A DNA stretch of 64,000 nt, from the NCBI GenBank assembly GCA_036172245.1, contig JAYWIR010000036.1, positions 1,240,001 through 1,304,000 of the forward strand, read 5' to 3'. Of the stretch, positions 52,601-62,596 are shown in pieces. The DNA is from Raillietiella orientalis (taxonomy: Eukaryota). The position numbers were made by a program, and so were the translations under genes. Position 1 is the first letter of the stretch. Every line of letters starts with the position of its first letter. Under the pieces are notes generated by a model. It ran no database searches. It was not told where the DNA came from and saw only the letters and a program-made list of their open reading frames with translations.

Positions 52601-55600
52601 TGATGAAAGAGTGTACTATCCCACGTGCAGCAGCAGCGCGTGTGTGCGTAAATGCATGATGGATATTCCCAGTGTACATGCAAGCTGCCATTCGGCAGCG
52701 CAACTTTTTTTTGGAATGCAGTGAAAAAACAAAATTGATTTTTACGTGCTGTTCTGTTTCGTAGAAAACCAACGAGGCTCACGAAAGCACCCCATTGAAA
52801 ATCACTGCATGCACTGTGTACACTTTTCTACACTACTTTTACCTCACCAATTTTTTCTGGATGTTTATTGAAGGTAAGGCTGCGTCCTGCGAACGAGCGC
52901 AACTGCGTTCGAGACGCTTCCGGGTCCGAGAGAACGCGGTCGCGGGCGGCCAGGCTCGGTCGGGGCAGTCCGCGAGGACATCGGTGATCCCGGCGCATCA
53001 GCTGGGCCTCCTCCTGCCCACGCAGACCGCAGAAGGGAATCGCCTCGGGGTCTCTCTGCTCGCTGCTGATGCATCGAAAACCAACAGCGGCGTGGAACGC
53101 GCGCTACCGGCAGAGCTGCCGCTGGTGGCGGGTTTACACCCAGTTGCGCCGGGGCGATTATTTATATAAAATAAACCTGGAGCGCTTTATATAAAATAAA
53201 ATCATATAAATTACATTATTTATATGAAATAACCACCGGTTACTGGAGGGCGTCCTCTGCATCCTTTGCAGGATGCCGGCAAGTTCCTTTTCAAGGCTCC
53301 CAGATGGGGCTATCTTGCTGCTATCCTCATGAAGAGGACAGCAAAATAGGTGAAGTCCCTGTCTTCCTGGCTTCCTCTGGCGCTGCTCCATGCGGCCACG
53401 ATCGCGCGTAAGCAGAGGGGTGCCGCTAGGGATGCGTTCGGCGTGAGGGGGTTGCGCAGCAAGAGGCGCTTCGGAACGTTTCTGTGGTTGCCCTCGGGGA
53501 TCCGCAGGGATACGGCAAAGCGTTTCCACACGGGGCACAGGGCGGCACAATCCAGGAGCAGGTGAGGGAGGGACTTCCTTTCTCCGCACCTGCTGCAGTT
53601 CGGGCTCGCAATTCCCCGGGTCTCATCGGTCGTGGCGTTTCCGGACTGGTGGTAGTGGGTGGTGTTCCTCTCGAGAGCACTACCGCGCTCTCACCAGGGA
53701 AGGAGGGAAGCCGGGAACCCGATCGATAAGCAATCTTCCCGAGAATGTGAAACAATGCGAAATTCGCGCGAATTGACGCAGGAGGATGGAAGGACCAAAG
53801 TGCCCTCAAAGGAGCAGAGTGTCCCTCGCCGCTGAAGCATCCCCGCATATGCGGGATGGATTGTTGCCATCGTCGCTTAACCGAGTCGAACCTGTCCCTG
53901 CTCCCCGGGTTCGTAATTGCTTCCCTATTTTCCCCGATAGGCTGTCGATTCGGCAGCTTGATGAAAAATTCCACTACTTGCAAGAAAAAAAAAGAAAAAG
54001 AAAACATCGTCGAAAGAGGGGAGGGCGTGGACGGCCCGCGAACTGCGAAGAAGAGGGGAGCAGCTTCCACGGCAACGCTCGTGGAAGCTGCTCCTCTCGC
54101 TTCAACCGGATAACTAAATTTCCGGGAGCATCCCGCGCATCCGCCGGAGAGTCTGTAAACAGACTAAGTGCGAAACGCCTCGGAGTGTATCTCGACGGGC
54201 TCTGACCGCGTTCGCATAAATCGCAGACCTTCTTGATAGGGTCTCTCGCTGTAACTAAAAACATCCCGGAGAGGACAAACGCCTCCTATCAGACGAAATG
54301 AGCGAAAGCACATCAATTCGTTTCCTCTGTCTGATTGGTTTTCAGCTCCGAACCTCTGCTGCGAGATGCATCCAGAAGGGAAGGCTTTCCATTTCTCGGG
54401 AACTCTTACGAGCTTTGCATTGCTCCCGAACTCTTTCAACTTAACTTTTATCATTTGCACGCGTCCGTCCGTCCGTTTTCCCGGATGGACCATGCGTTTC
54501 CGCCGAGTTTCTCTGCGAAGGCTCCAGGCAGGACTCATAATTGCGCGTGTCAGCGAACAAACACCGGCCACAAACACAGATAAAATGCTTTTCTCTTCCA
54601 GGACTATATTTGTACTTGATGGTTGTGAGAACATTCCTGGTGAAGAATGAAAAACTTCGTCACTACATGATCCTTGGATGGGGTGAGTTCTTCCCTTCTT
54701 TCCTTTTTTTTTTTCTTTGCTTTTTTGCCCAGGAAACAGATAGCACTGTCAATTATGCGGAAACCGCCGGGTTATCTGTCTCATTCGTGTTCCTTTTTCT
54801 TTTTTTTTTACTCCCTGAATGGGAAGGAAGGATCGCGGGAAAAGTAGTCGAGGAATTGCGGGCATCTTTTTTCTTCCCTGTTGGAAATCTGTTGCTCTGG
54901 AATTTCATTTGTCTCATTATCGCAGGTATTCAGTCAGAGATGAATTCCTTGCATTTGCCTTGCCCTGTATCAATACTTGGTTGGGTTTTGAGGCATTCGT
55001 TTCGAATGGGCCTACACTCACCGAGAAGAATGGGGAGTGCTTGCGTTTTTGTTTTCGGATGTGTTTTTTTGTTTGTTTTGTTCTTGGAGTCAGCCTGACT
55101 TGCACCCTTTTTCGAAATGAAGTTAATTCCAAGTATTCGCAAGGAGATGTATGGTCACGAGTTCCACAAACTACCAACCCTTCAAAACAAGAAACTCCAA
55201 AATATTCTGAACTTGATGGTTTCCTATTCGCAAACCCACAAACGGAAATTCATCTTCAGAATTCGAATCGGTGTCCTAGGAATCGCCCTGAGATTTGTTC
55301 ATCCGTCTACAATTTTCTCGGTCTGGTCCTCTGGACAACGACGAACTCCACAATAGCATCTTTCGCTTGTCTGTTTGTCTTTTCTTTTCCTTTTGCTTTA
55401 TAAACTTCCATCCGAGTGCCCCAATTCACAAAAACGCTACAAGGGCGGTTGCTTTTGCGGTTGGCCATAATCTCGATGCCGTTTCCTAGGATACTCTGTG
55501 ACGACATAGTGAACGCAGAACAGGTTTGTTTCATATTTCCGTCTTTAATAATTCCCAGAGCATGTGCAATTTATCTAGTTTTGTATTTCATCTGATAGTT

Positions 55601-58600
55601 TGATGCAATTGGGCTCTCCTCTTCTTTCCCCCTCAGTACAGTCCCCCATTAATCCTACTGATAGTCATTTTTGAGCTCCAACTTCCTATCTCCTCTTACC
55701 ATCCGATCATCCAATTTCAGTGCCTTTCCTCATTAAATAGTCATTTATTTCACAAGCAATAAGCATTCCTGATCTACAAACCCGAAGCCTGCTGGAATTC
55801 GTTGATAATTGTCGTTTCCTGGGTGTATTTGACTGTTTAGTGTCGAGTCAGTCTTTCAGAAATGGTGCCTTAAGAACCCATCCATTCAGGTTGCCAGTTG
55901 TCAGTTGGCTGTTTCTTTTCTTTTCTTTTCTTTTTATCCTTCTCGATCGCCCCATTTCATTTTTTTCTTATGTGCAACCATCGAACCTATTTGAACGATC
56001 GGAGCAAGTAATTGTTGAAGGCTGTTTATACTCTCCCATCCATTGTTGGTATCGTCGTTCCGAACCAACAATGTTTCCGGGCGGGATTTGGCAGAAAGCA
56101 AGCGCTGCGCCGCATAGCTGTGGATGGGAAAATTCAGCTCCCTGCTGCGTTAATCCGCTCCTGAAGATGAGCGCTTGCAACGGGAAACGGTTCTCATCCT
56201 TCACGCGAGCAGACACGACCTTCCGCGAGAGCAGGGAGGCTGGGGAGGGGCCTCAGTATCCTACCGGGACGGTCGTCTCTCGCGCTTCAAGGCTGCTTCC
56301 GCTTCTTTCGTGTAGGATGGCACGGTGACGCTGTGTGAAAACGCGGACGCAACCATGCAGTTCGGGGACAGACAGTCCACCGCGGCTCCCTTAGAAAAGG
56401 AACCGGGTTATCCCGGATCGAAGCTGAGCGCGTCTCCTGCCCACATTTCAGGCGCATCGGGGGAATAGACACACACGGGTGGCGAGGGAGCATGCTCCCG
56501 TTTCCGCTCCGCACCTTCGGGCGCTCGAATGCGAATCCGACCCAACGCGAGTAGGTGCTCCAAGCTCGTGGTCGGAACATGATCGGCGTGTTGCGGATTT
56601 GGATCCCATTCCCGCGGACTTTGGAACGCGTTTTCCGGCACAGCATGTGTGGAGACGTGCTGTCCAACCTCTGCCGTTTAGGCGGAGATACCGCCGAGCC
56701 TCCTACGTGCCTTCCCTCCGAACGGAAAGAGAATCGAAGGTCGGTGGCTCATTTTCCCTCTCCACGAGCTGCAGAGGCCTCGGCCGTGGTCCTCTGTCAT
56801 CGCAGGAGCCTGTGGCCGTTGTCTCGCTGCGCACTCGGCGGAAGGTCGAAGAGAAAGGGATGACTTCCACGGCATGACGTTGGATCTCATGTGCATCTGC
56901 GTGAAGGGAGGAAGAGAAGACATTCTTCCTGATTCGACAGTACCAAGAAGGGGCCAGAGTTCGAGGAGGAGCCGATTCCCGTGGGACCTGGACATGCTCT
57001 CTTTCCTCTTGCGCCTTTGGCGCGAGATGGTGGCGGCTGCGAGGTCTGATAACGGGAACGGGCTGCGGAACAAGATGTAGGTGCGGAGCACTCTTACAGG
57101 AGAAGAGGAAAGGGAAAAAGAGAGAGATGGGAGGGCGTTGCCACGCTCGCAGCTTCTTTGTCCTTCCCCTTCCTTCATGTCTCCCATTTTTCTTTTCCTC
57201 GTCTTCCTGCTGCCCCACCTTTGTTCTTCGTCTTCCAAACGGAATTCTCTGCGCTGCGTAGCTCTGATCCTCAAGTCTCCTTGGCACGGCCATCCGGACG
57301 TTTCTACGGCTCCAAGATTCAGAGCCACAGAAGGAGCTGAAAGAGGGTGCGAGTAGTGGCAGGGATGAAAGGTTCACCGTGCACGAATGAGTCTCTCAAG
57401 CCTCCAAGGCAGGGGACAAAACAGCCACCGGTAAAGATTCACTTCTCTTGGAAGACAGGAGATGGTCGGTTCACGGACCACAGACATCTGCTCCATCTGC
57501 GTCGGTTACTCGTCGTCGTCCCTTGCGGCTCCATTCCAACCCTCTTTAGAGGCAAGGAGAGAGCCGCTGCTGCCCTCAAACCAGTGAGCACCCGTATGAC
57601 GGGTGCTCACTGGTTGAAGGGCTAGCCCTTCCGTCATCCCCCTGTCTCCAAGGATGAGGTCCTGCCTCCGCCGCACGAATTCGAGGGAGGCTTTTCCTCC
57701 CTTGAATCCGTCCCACCGAGGTCCACCGGGATCCGTCCACGCGCCCAGTCTTGCGTGCGAAGTTTTCTGCAGGCGCGTGCACCTGTTGCCGCCCTGAGGA
57801 AGGGCGAAAAGAGTTCCTTCCTCGAAAAACACCAGGCTCAGACAAGCCCTGGATGTGCAGCTTCGGGAATGCGCCCGGCGGAGCGATAGGCCAGCGGGTC
57901 TGCTCCTTTGGAATCTTCCAAAAGTCCCACCCGAATCAGGCCCCACAAGAGGACTTTCCGAGCTGAGGAAACATCTGCGACCGGTACCTTCCTGCCCCTT
58001 CTGCCCGCGTGCAACCACTTGTCCTCTTGAAGAACAAGCAAATAATGAAAAATCTTCAATTTCGGAGTCTCTCTTGGCCGCCCCTGGATACCGTCTAGCG
58101 GACACCAGAGACTCGCAGACGTGTCTTGTTCCAGGTACATCCGGACCAAGAAGACTGGAAACGCGTTCGGGTTTCGCCTCCCTGACGGGGATCGGCGCCG
58201 TTCCCAAAGCGGCCGAAGGACACGTGCTACGATGGGTTTCTCCCAGGTGTCCGCGAGGGAGCAAACCGACCGAGACTTGCCACCTCTTCCCCTAAAAGGT
58301 GGCAGCTGACTTGCCCACCATCGTCCCATTTCGGAGCCACGCAGACCGTCCCCGACCTCTATCCGCGGCTCCTGCTGCTCTCAAACACTGGTGTTCGCTC
58401 CCCTTTGAGAGGCACTGAGCGTGAAACGGACGCGTTTCCCGGAACCGCGCCCTCCTTGCCCTCTACGTGGAGTCTCACGGAGCACACATGCGGGGACTCG
58501 TGGGGTGTGCATCTTGGCAACTGTTCAACAGTGGTTCCAAGTCTTCTCCAGGCACCTCTTCTCTTCTTCAGCCCACCAGTTCCCATCCTACAAAGAAGTC

Positions 58601-61600
58601 CTCCTGCAGGGTATCTGCAGTACGCCGCCACTGCGTTTCTTGCGCTCCTTCCAGGGTGCCTCTCTTTCCATTCTGGATGGTCTTGATGATGAAAGCACTT
58701 TGCTGATCATCAGGAGAGGAACGAACGTTTCGGCATTTCGCCAGTTGACCGAGATGAACGCGGGTCTTCCCGATGCTTTCCTTCCGCTCCGAAGCGTGCC
58801 CGAAGTCCGCCCATACCTCTTGACGAGATTCACTCCGATACTCATCGTTAAGGTACCTCTTGGAGGTCAGATCGTAGCCAGTATCTCATCTCAGAAGCAC
58901 TTGATTCGATTTGCTTTTCCTTTTTTTGTTTTTTTCCGACGTCGGGTGTTGTCGTGGCAACCTCCTCGCCATGACAGCACCCGATGTCGACGGAAGGTGG
59001 GTGCTGATTCCGCGCACCGCTGCGTTCCAAGATTCTGAAGCCTCGAGAGCCAGATGCCCATTGGAGTGTAACCGGGACAGAGTTCCTCTGTACTCGACTC
59101 ACAAATGTTCCTTCTCTCGCGTTGCGAAGATCCACGTGACGTTGCTCTTTGCCTTGCCGGCTTGAGAGTTTCGCTCCGCAGCACTGTAGGTTTTTCAGGT
59201 GAGATTTCGCAGGCACATTCCCTCCCACGTTCGTTCCGTTTTGATAATTGCGAATTAGGCGGAGCATCGCGTCCGGAGAAACGGCGTCCTCGAAGGAAGC
59301 GTTCTGTCCCGTGTCGTGGCTGCAAGCGTGTTCGGGTCTCGAGACGAACCCATCCACAACGAAGGCGACTTTCTTGGACAGCCGCTCCGTGCCAACACAT
59401 CTCACGCTGAAAACGCTCCCCGTGTCCACCTGTGGCATAAGAGCCATCCTCTGCACCCGTTGCTTGGATATGATCCGTCATCTCTGTTCCTTCTTCGAAA
59501 ATCGCTTCGATCTTCGTCGAAGTGTGCATCCTGCTGCGGAAGGCCCACTGTGCTGCACTTCCTTCTATTTCCGGTTGAAAATTGAAAAACGGAGGCGGAG
59601 GTGATGGAAGCGAATCGGAATTTGTTCCGGTTAAAGGCTCTGTCGGATGCCACATGATCTGCAATCGCGAAAGATACGCAAAAAGGCAAGATGGAATTTA
59701 AATCAGCTTGACTGTCTCAATTCGGTCTCGAGCTTTAGGGCGACTCTTGATCCCAGTTTTCCTGCATTTCCCCGAAAAAACGGTTTAAGCGCCAGAGTGC
59801 CGTACAAAAACAGCTGGGAAGTTTCTCATTTTCGTTCAATTCAAATGTTTGAGCGCCTGGGTGTTTGTGTTCTCAATCGATTAGGCAGCCCGATGTGCTA
59901 CGAAATTGTCACGGTGATTGGGTCCACTTTCCTCTGGAGATCTGAAGAACCAAGGAGCACTTAGGCAACAAATGTTGCATCGGATGCTTGCCTATTCGGG
60001 CTCGTTTTAGGGATCTTGGGTGATGGCTCTTCACTCTCCCTGAAGCAGCCTCCATGAAAAACGAATTCCACGCTTGCCAGGATTTGGTCGGGCAGCCGGC
60101 CGACCACATTTTTTTTGTTGTTGTTGTTTTGTCGTTTTCTGTTTCATTCCCGCCAAAGTGCGCGATGTGTCGATAGTTTGGGAAGCTGACCCTTTTGTCA
60201 CCATCTGCTCCCATCCAGGCACTTTGAGGATCTTTTTTTCGTACTCGCATCCCTTTAACTCTGTACAGAAAGTGAATGGGATTTTAATGTGAACTCGCGC
60301 ACCTTCTGTGATCACCTGTCTAGGATGCTCACAAGAAACGGGTTTAGAAATATCGGAAAGCTGGGTCTCAGGTCGGTGTTCCGAACGTCTTCCCGGACAA
60401 CTGCTTTAAATTATCCGTCTCGAGAGCGCAGGCTGCGACCGAGGTGACTGCTTTTCGCAGGCCTTTCTTACCCTGCGTCTCTGAAACTCACCTGGAACCG
60501 GGTGCAGATCTTCCTTCTTTGCCTTACGCAGTTCCCGCTGGGGATCCCGTCTCTGCGATTACGCGCGCAGAGCCTGGGACCGAATGCAAGAAAACTAACG
60601 AGCAGTCATCCTGCTGATGCCTCTCGAACTTTCTTCTCCGCGGTCCGGAACCCGCATCGGATTGCCGGCCAAGGAGGGTGTTCGAATGTGGGAGCTCATT
60701 CCGCAGACGGAGCAAAGCAAAGCATGACATCCGGTTGGGAAAAGCAGGTGCCCGCAGTTGCCATAAAAGCTACCACGGGTTCGGAGCACGCTGGTCCAAA
60801 GTAGGGGCACCCCAGCGTTCTACGAGCTCGAAAAGCACCGTGACTTTCCGCGCTCGCGATTGCTGCATCACGGCAGGTGGTATCGGATGTGACCACGACC
60901 ACGTCCAGTGGCGGTAGGTTCGCTCTCAAGACTCGGAGTAGAACGCACTCTCGTGACCTCTTGTGGATTGATCTCCGAAAAGTCCCACGGGGACGAGGCT
61001 GACCGGCAGATGAAGCGCGCTAACAGTCCCCTCATCGTCCAACTAACCCCGCCAATATTCGGAGCGGTAAGGAAGGGCAGCACACTCAACAGTTCCCGGA
61101 TTCCATAAGACGATCTTCCGCAGTGATGTCCCTTCCACCTTCCACGACCTCCGGAGACTAGACCTTTGTCCGGAGAGCAATGCTTTCTTTCTGCCCCTGC
61201 CCCCCTTGACCCTACCCCAGGAATGTTTACTGACCCTTTCCCTCGGGAATAGCTGGGAGGTCTTGCCATTCCTCCGACCTTCAGGAATTTGCTTCTGGAT
61301 GTCCTTGAGAGTACGGAACTCTGTCCGCTCCCCCCCCCCCCCGAGTCCCTGAGAAAATCCTCAGCGCTACGAGGCCTTCTTGCCAACATCCGCGCTCAAC
61401 CTCCCTCACCCTCAGCCTACCTCAATTGTTCCTCCTCCCTTTTTCCCCTTCCTACGATCTGTTCTTCGTCCCTTCTCTATCTCGCCCTTCATCACCTTTG
61501 AGGTATCCAGGAACGTGAGGGTATGCGAAGAGGGGTAGGAAAACGAGTCGTAATGTGGAGGGAGCACCTGACTTTCTCGCGCTCACTGCCTCCATCCGGT

Positions 61601-62596
61601 CCAAGAGAAGAAAGGGCACAGGATGGCAGCGGGTAGCACGCAGGGAATTAAAGCACCTGAACGCTCGCTTGACCCTCGAGCGCCCCAAGCTCACCCTGGA
61701 AGTATCCACGCATCCGCGCACATGGCCCGTCGTCTTTCCAGGGGTTCCCTTCCCCATCATCGTATCCTGGATCGTGGTCAAGCTGTGGAACCGGCCGCCC
61801 CATCGCTCCGGGGACGAGGCGATAGTGGGCCAGAACTCCTCTTTGCCGCTGCTCCCCCTGACATCGGAGCGTGAGCCGACCAAGAACGACGACGAGTACT
61901 CGTGCCCCTACCTGGTGCAGGACCACTGGGACTACATCACCTACGTGCCGTCTCTGGCGCTGCTGGTCGTCAACGCGGGCTTCCTGGTCGTCATCATGTG
62001 GGTGAGTGAGTGAGCTGAGCGCACGGGGGGGAGGGAGGGTCGGCTCGCGCATGGTGGAAGACGAAAGCGCCTCCTTTGAGCTCGCCTCCACGGATACCCG
62101 CTGCTGTCACCACGGCTCCGCCGGCGCCGGAGCCGCACCCGGGTTTCTGCTCCTAATTGCCTGACGCCGTTCCTCCTTTAGGTGCTGGTGACGAAGCTGC
62201 GCTCAACCGGCTCCGTCGAGAGCCAACAGTACTACAAGGCCGCAAGGGCCTTGCTGGTGCTTATCCCCCTCCTGGGCATCACCTACATCGTCCTGATAGT
62301 GGGGCCCGCTAGAGGGTACCCGAAGCTCATCTTCTCCGTGGTGCAGGCCCTGCTACTTTCGACACAGGTGAACGACGGTGCTCCCTTCCTCCTCACGCAC
62401 CATCCGTCTGGGATTTCAGGGCTTGGCGGTGACCATATTCTACTGTTTCATGAACAGCGAAGTCCGGTGCGCCATCAGGATCAGGTTCAACCGCTGGAGG
62501 GACAGCCGCAACCTCAGGAGGAGGAAGGGCTACAAGCTGCGTTTCGTACACAACGGACCCACGTGCACGCGGTGTCCAGATCATTGCCAGAGGTAA
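43592..62596 (+). CDS. DH44-R: Class B1 GPCR, CRF/diuretic hormone 44 receptor-like; join(43592..43676,45330..45542,46592..46784,51620..51713,52765..52873,54602..54682,61742..62001,62182..62367,62420..62596), ~465 aa
   Basis: All junctions are GT-AG and phase-consistent (1,1,2,0,1,1,0,0); total 1398 nt. The product has a signal peptide, a 6-Cys hormone-binding domain (YCNVTFDGLLCW, QPCFPELNG, NATKLC..GTW..FTDYTRC) and 7TM motifs CLRNTIHTNL, LTNFFWMFIEGLYL, ILGWGVP, VLVTKLRS, YYKAARALLVLIPLLGITY and STQGLAVTIFYCFMNSEVR, typical of arthropod DH44/CRF receptors. The last exon may splice further. Confidence 0.93.
45330..45542 (+). CDS. DH44-R: DH44-R coding exon 2 (hormone-binding domain; alternative acceptor at 45327)
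   Basis: RCQ..YCNVTFDGLLCWAFT..QPCFPELNGVRYDTS; acceptor ttagcag; donor CAG|GTAAAT. Confidence 0.93.
46592..46784 (+). CDS. DH44-R: DH44-R coding exon 3 (end of extracellular domain and TM1)
   Basis: ENATKLCAEGGTWQEFTDYTRC...VYLVGYTVSMLACCMGIFCFLYFK; acceptor ttctag, donor AA|GTGAGT. Confidence 0.95.
47900..49370 (+). mobile_element. Tx1/L1-like LINE remnant in GPCR intron 3
   Basis: GSRDSHGSLIAM, LATNISPF (YADD position) and ARKGALFPSLEALGLP (cf. AR..L..P...GGLGLP). Confidence 0.4.
50823..50856 (+). repeat. Compound (AC)9/(AG)6 microsatellite
   Basis: Read directly from the sequence. Confidence 0.9.
51620..51713 (+). CDS. DH44-R: DH44-R coding exon 4 (ICL1-TM2)
   Basis: ELHCLRNTIHTNLLVTYALSSLFWIVPNIIQ; acceptor cttccgtag, donor CAG|GTAAGG. 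Confidence 0.95.
52765..52873 (+). CDS. DH44-R: DH44-R coding exon 5 (ECL1-TM3)
   Basis: KTNEAHESTPLKITACTVYTFLHYFYLTNFFWMFIEG; acceptor gtttcgtag, donor AAG|GTAAGG. Confidence 0.95.
54602..54682 (+). CDS. DH44-R: DH44-R coding exon 6 (ICL2-TM4)
   Basis: GLYLYLMVVRTFLVKNEKLRHYMILGWG; acceptor ttctcttccag, donor G|GTGAGT. Confidence 0.95.
56400..56720 (+). mobile_element. THAP-domain remnant in intron 6
   Basis: TRFPAQHVW..ASYVPSL (cf. RxCSKHF..PxYVPSIF). Confidence 0.45.
57572..57622. repeat. Near-perfect hairpin, 24-bp arms (1 mismatch) and 3-nt loop
   Basis: GCCCTCAAACCAGTGAGCACCCGT-atg-ACGGGTGCTCACTGGTTGAAGGGC. Confidence 0.95.
57650..58900 (-). mobile_element. Tx1/L1-like LINE RT remnant in intron 6
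   Basis: SIGVNL...GRPAFISVNWRNAETFV (cf. SI..NL...ISLDQEKAFDRV). Confidence 0.45.
59050..59560 (-). mobile_element. Academ-like transposon C-terminal remnant (Cys-rich finger)
   Basis: CGWVRL..LQP..SPDAMLRLIRN...KNLQC (cf. GW...L.P...AP..LL..I.C.CK...GL.C). Confidence 0.35.
59880..60295 (+). mobile_element. Mariner transposase C-terminal remnant
   Basis: Degenerate PYS.....D.WLF..LK region (cf. HPPYSPDLAPxDFWLF) and a terminal C..NGD-like segment. Confidence 0.35.
61742..62001 (+). CDS. DH44-R: DH44-R coding exon 7 (TM4-ECL2-TM5)
   Basis: VPFPIIVSWIVVK...YSCPYLVQDHWDYITYVPSLALLVVNAGFLVVIMW; acceptor tctttccag, donor TGG|GTGAGT. Confidence 0.95.
62182..62367 (+). CDS. DH44-R: DH44-R coding exon 8 (ICL3-TM6-TM7)
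   Basis: VLVTKLRSTGSVESQQYYKAARALLVLIPLLGITYIVLIVGP...LLSTQ; acceptor cctcctttag, donor CAG|GTGAAC. Confidence 0.95.
62420..62596 (+). CDS. DH44-R: DH44-R coding exon 9 (TM7, helix 8, C-tail)
   Basis: Follows a 52-nt intron: GLAVTIFYCFMNSEVRCAIRIRFNRWRDSR...; ends at TAA 62594-62596, which overlaps a possible donor AG|GTAATG. Confidence 0.9.
   Translation, partial: GLAVTIFYCFMNSEVRCAIRIRFNRWRDSRNLRRRKGYKLRFVHNGPTCTRCPDHCQR

Noticed and set aside
54900..56100. Possible RTE-like LINE remnant on the - strand in intron 6
   Set aside because: The motifs (CEYLE, KKKQPTDNWQP) are too degenerate to call without an alignment
58590..58690. Possible mutually exclusive TM3 exon (GYLQYAATAFLALL..TTCTGGATG)
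   Set aside because: It lacks the FWMxxEG motif in frame, is in the wrong intron and is antisense to a LINE RT relic
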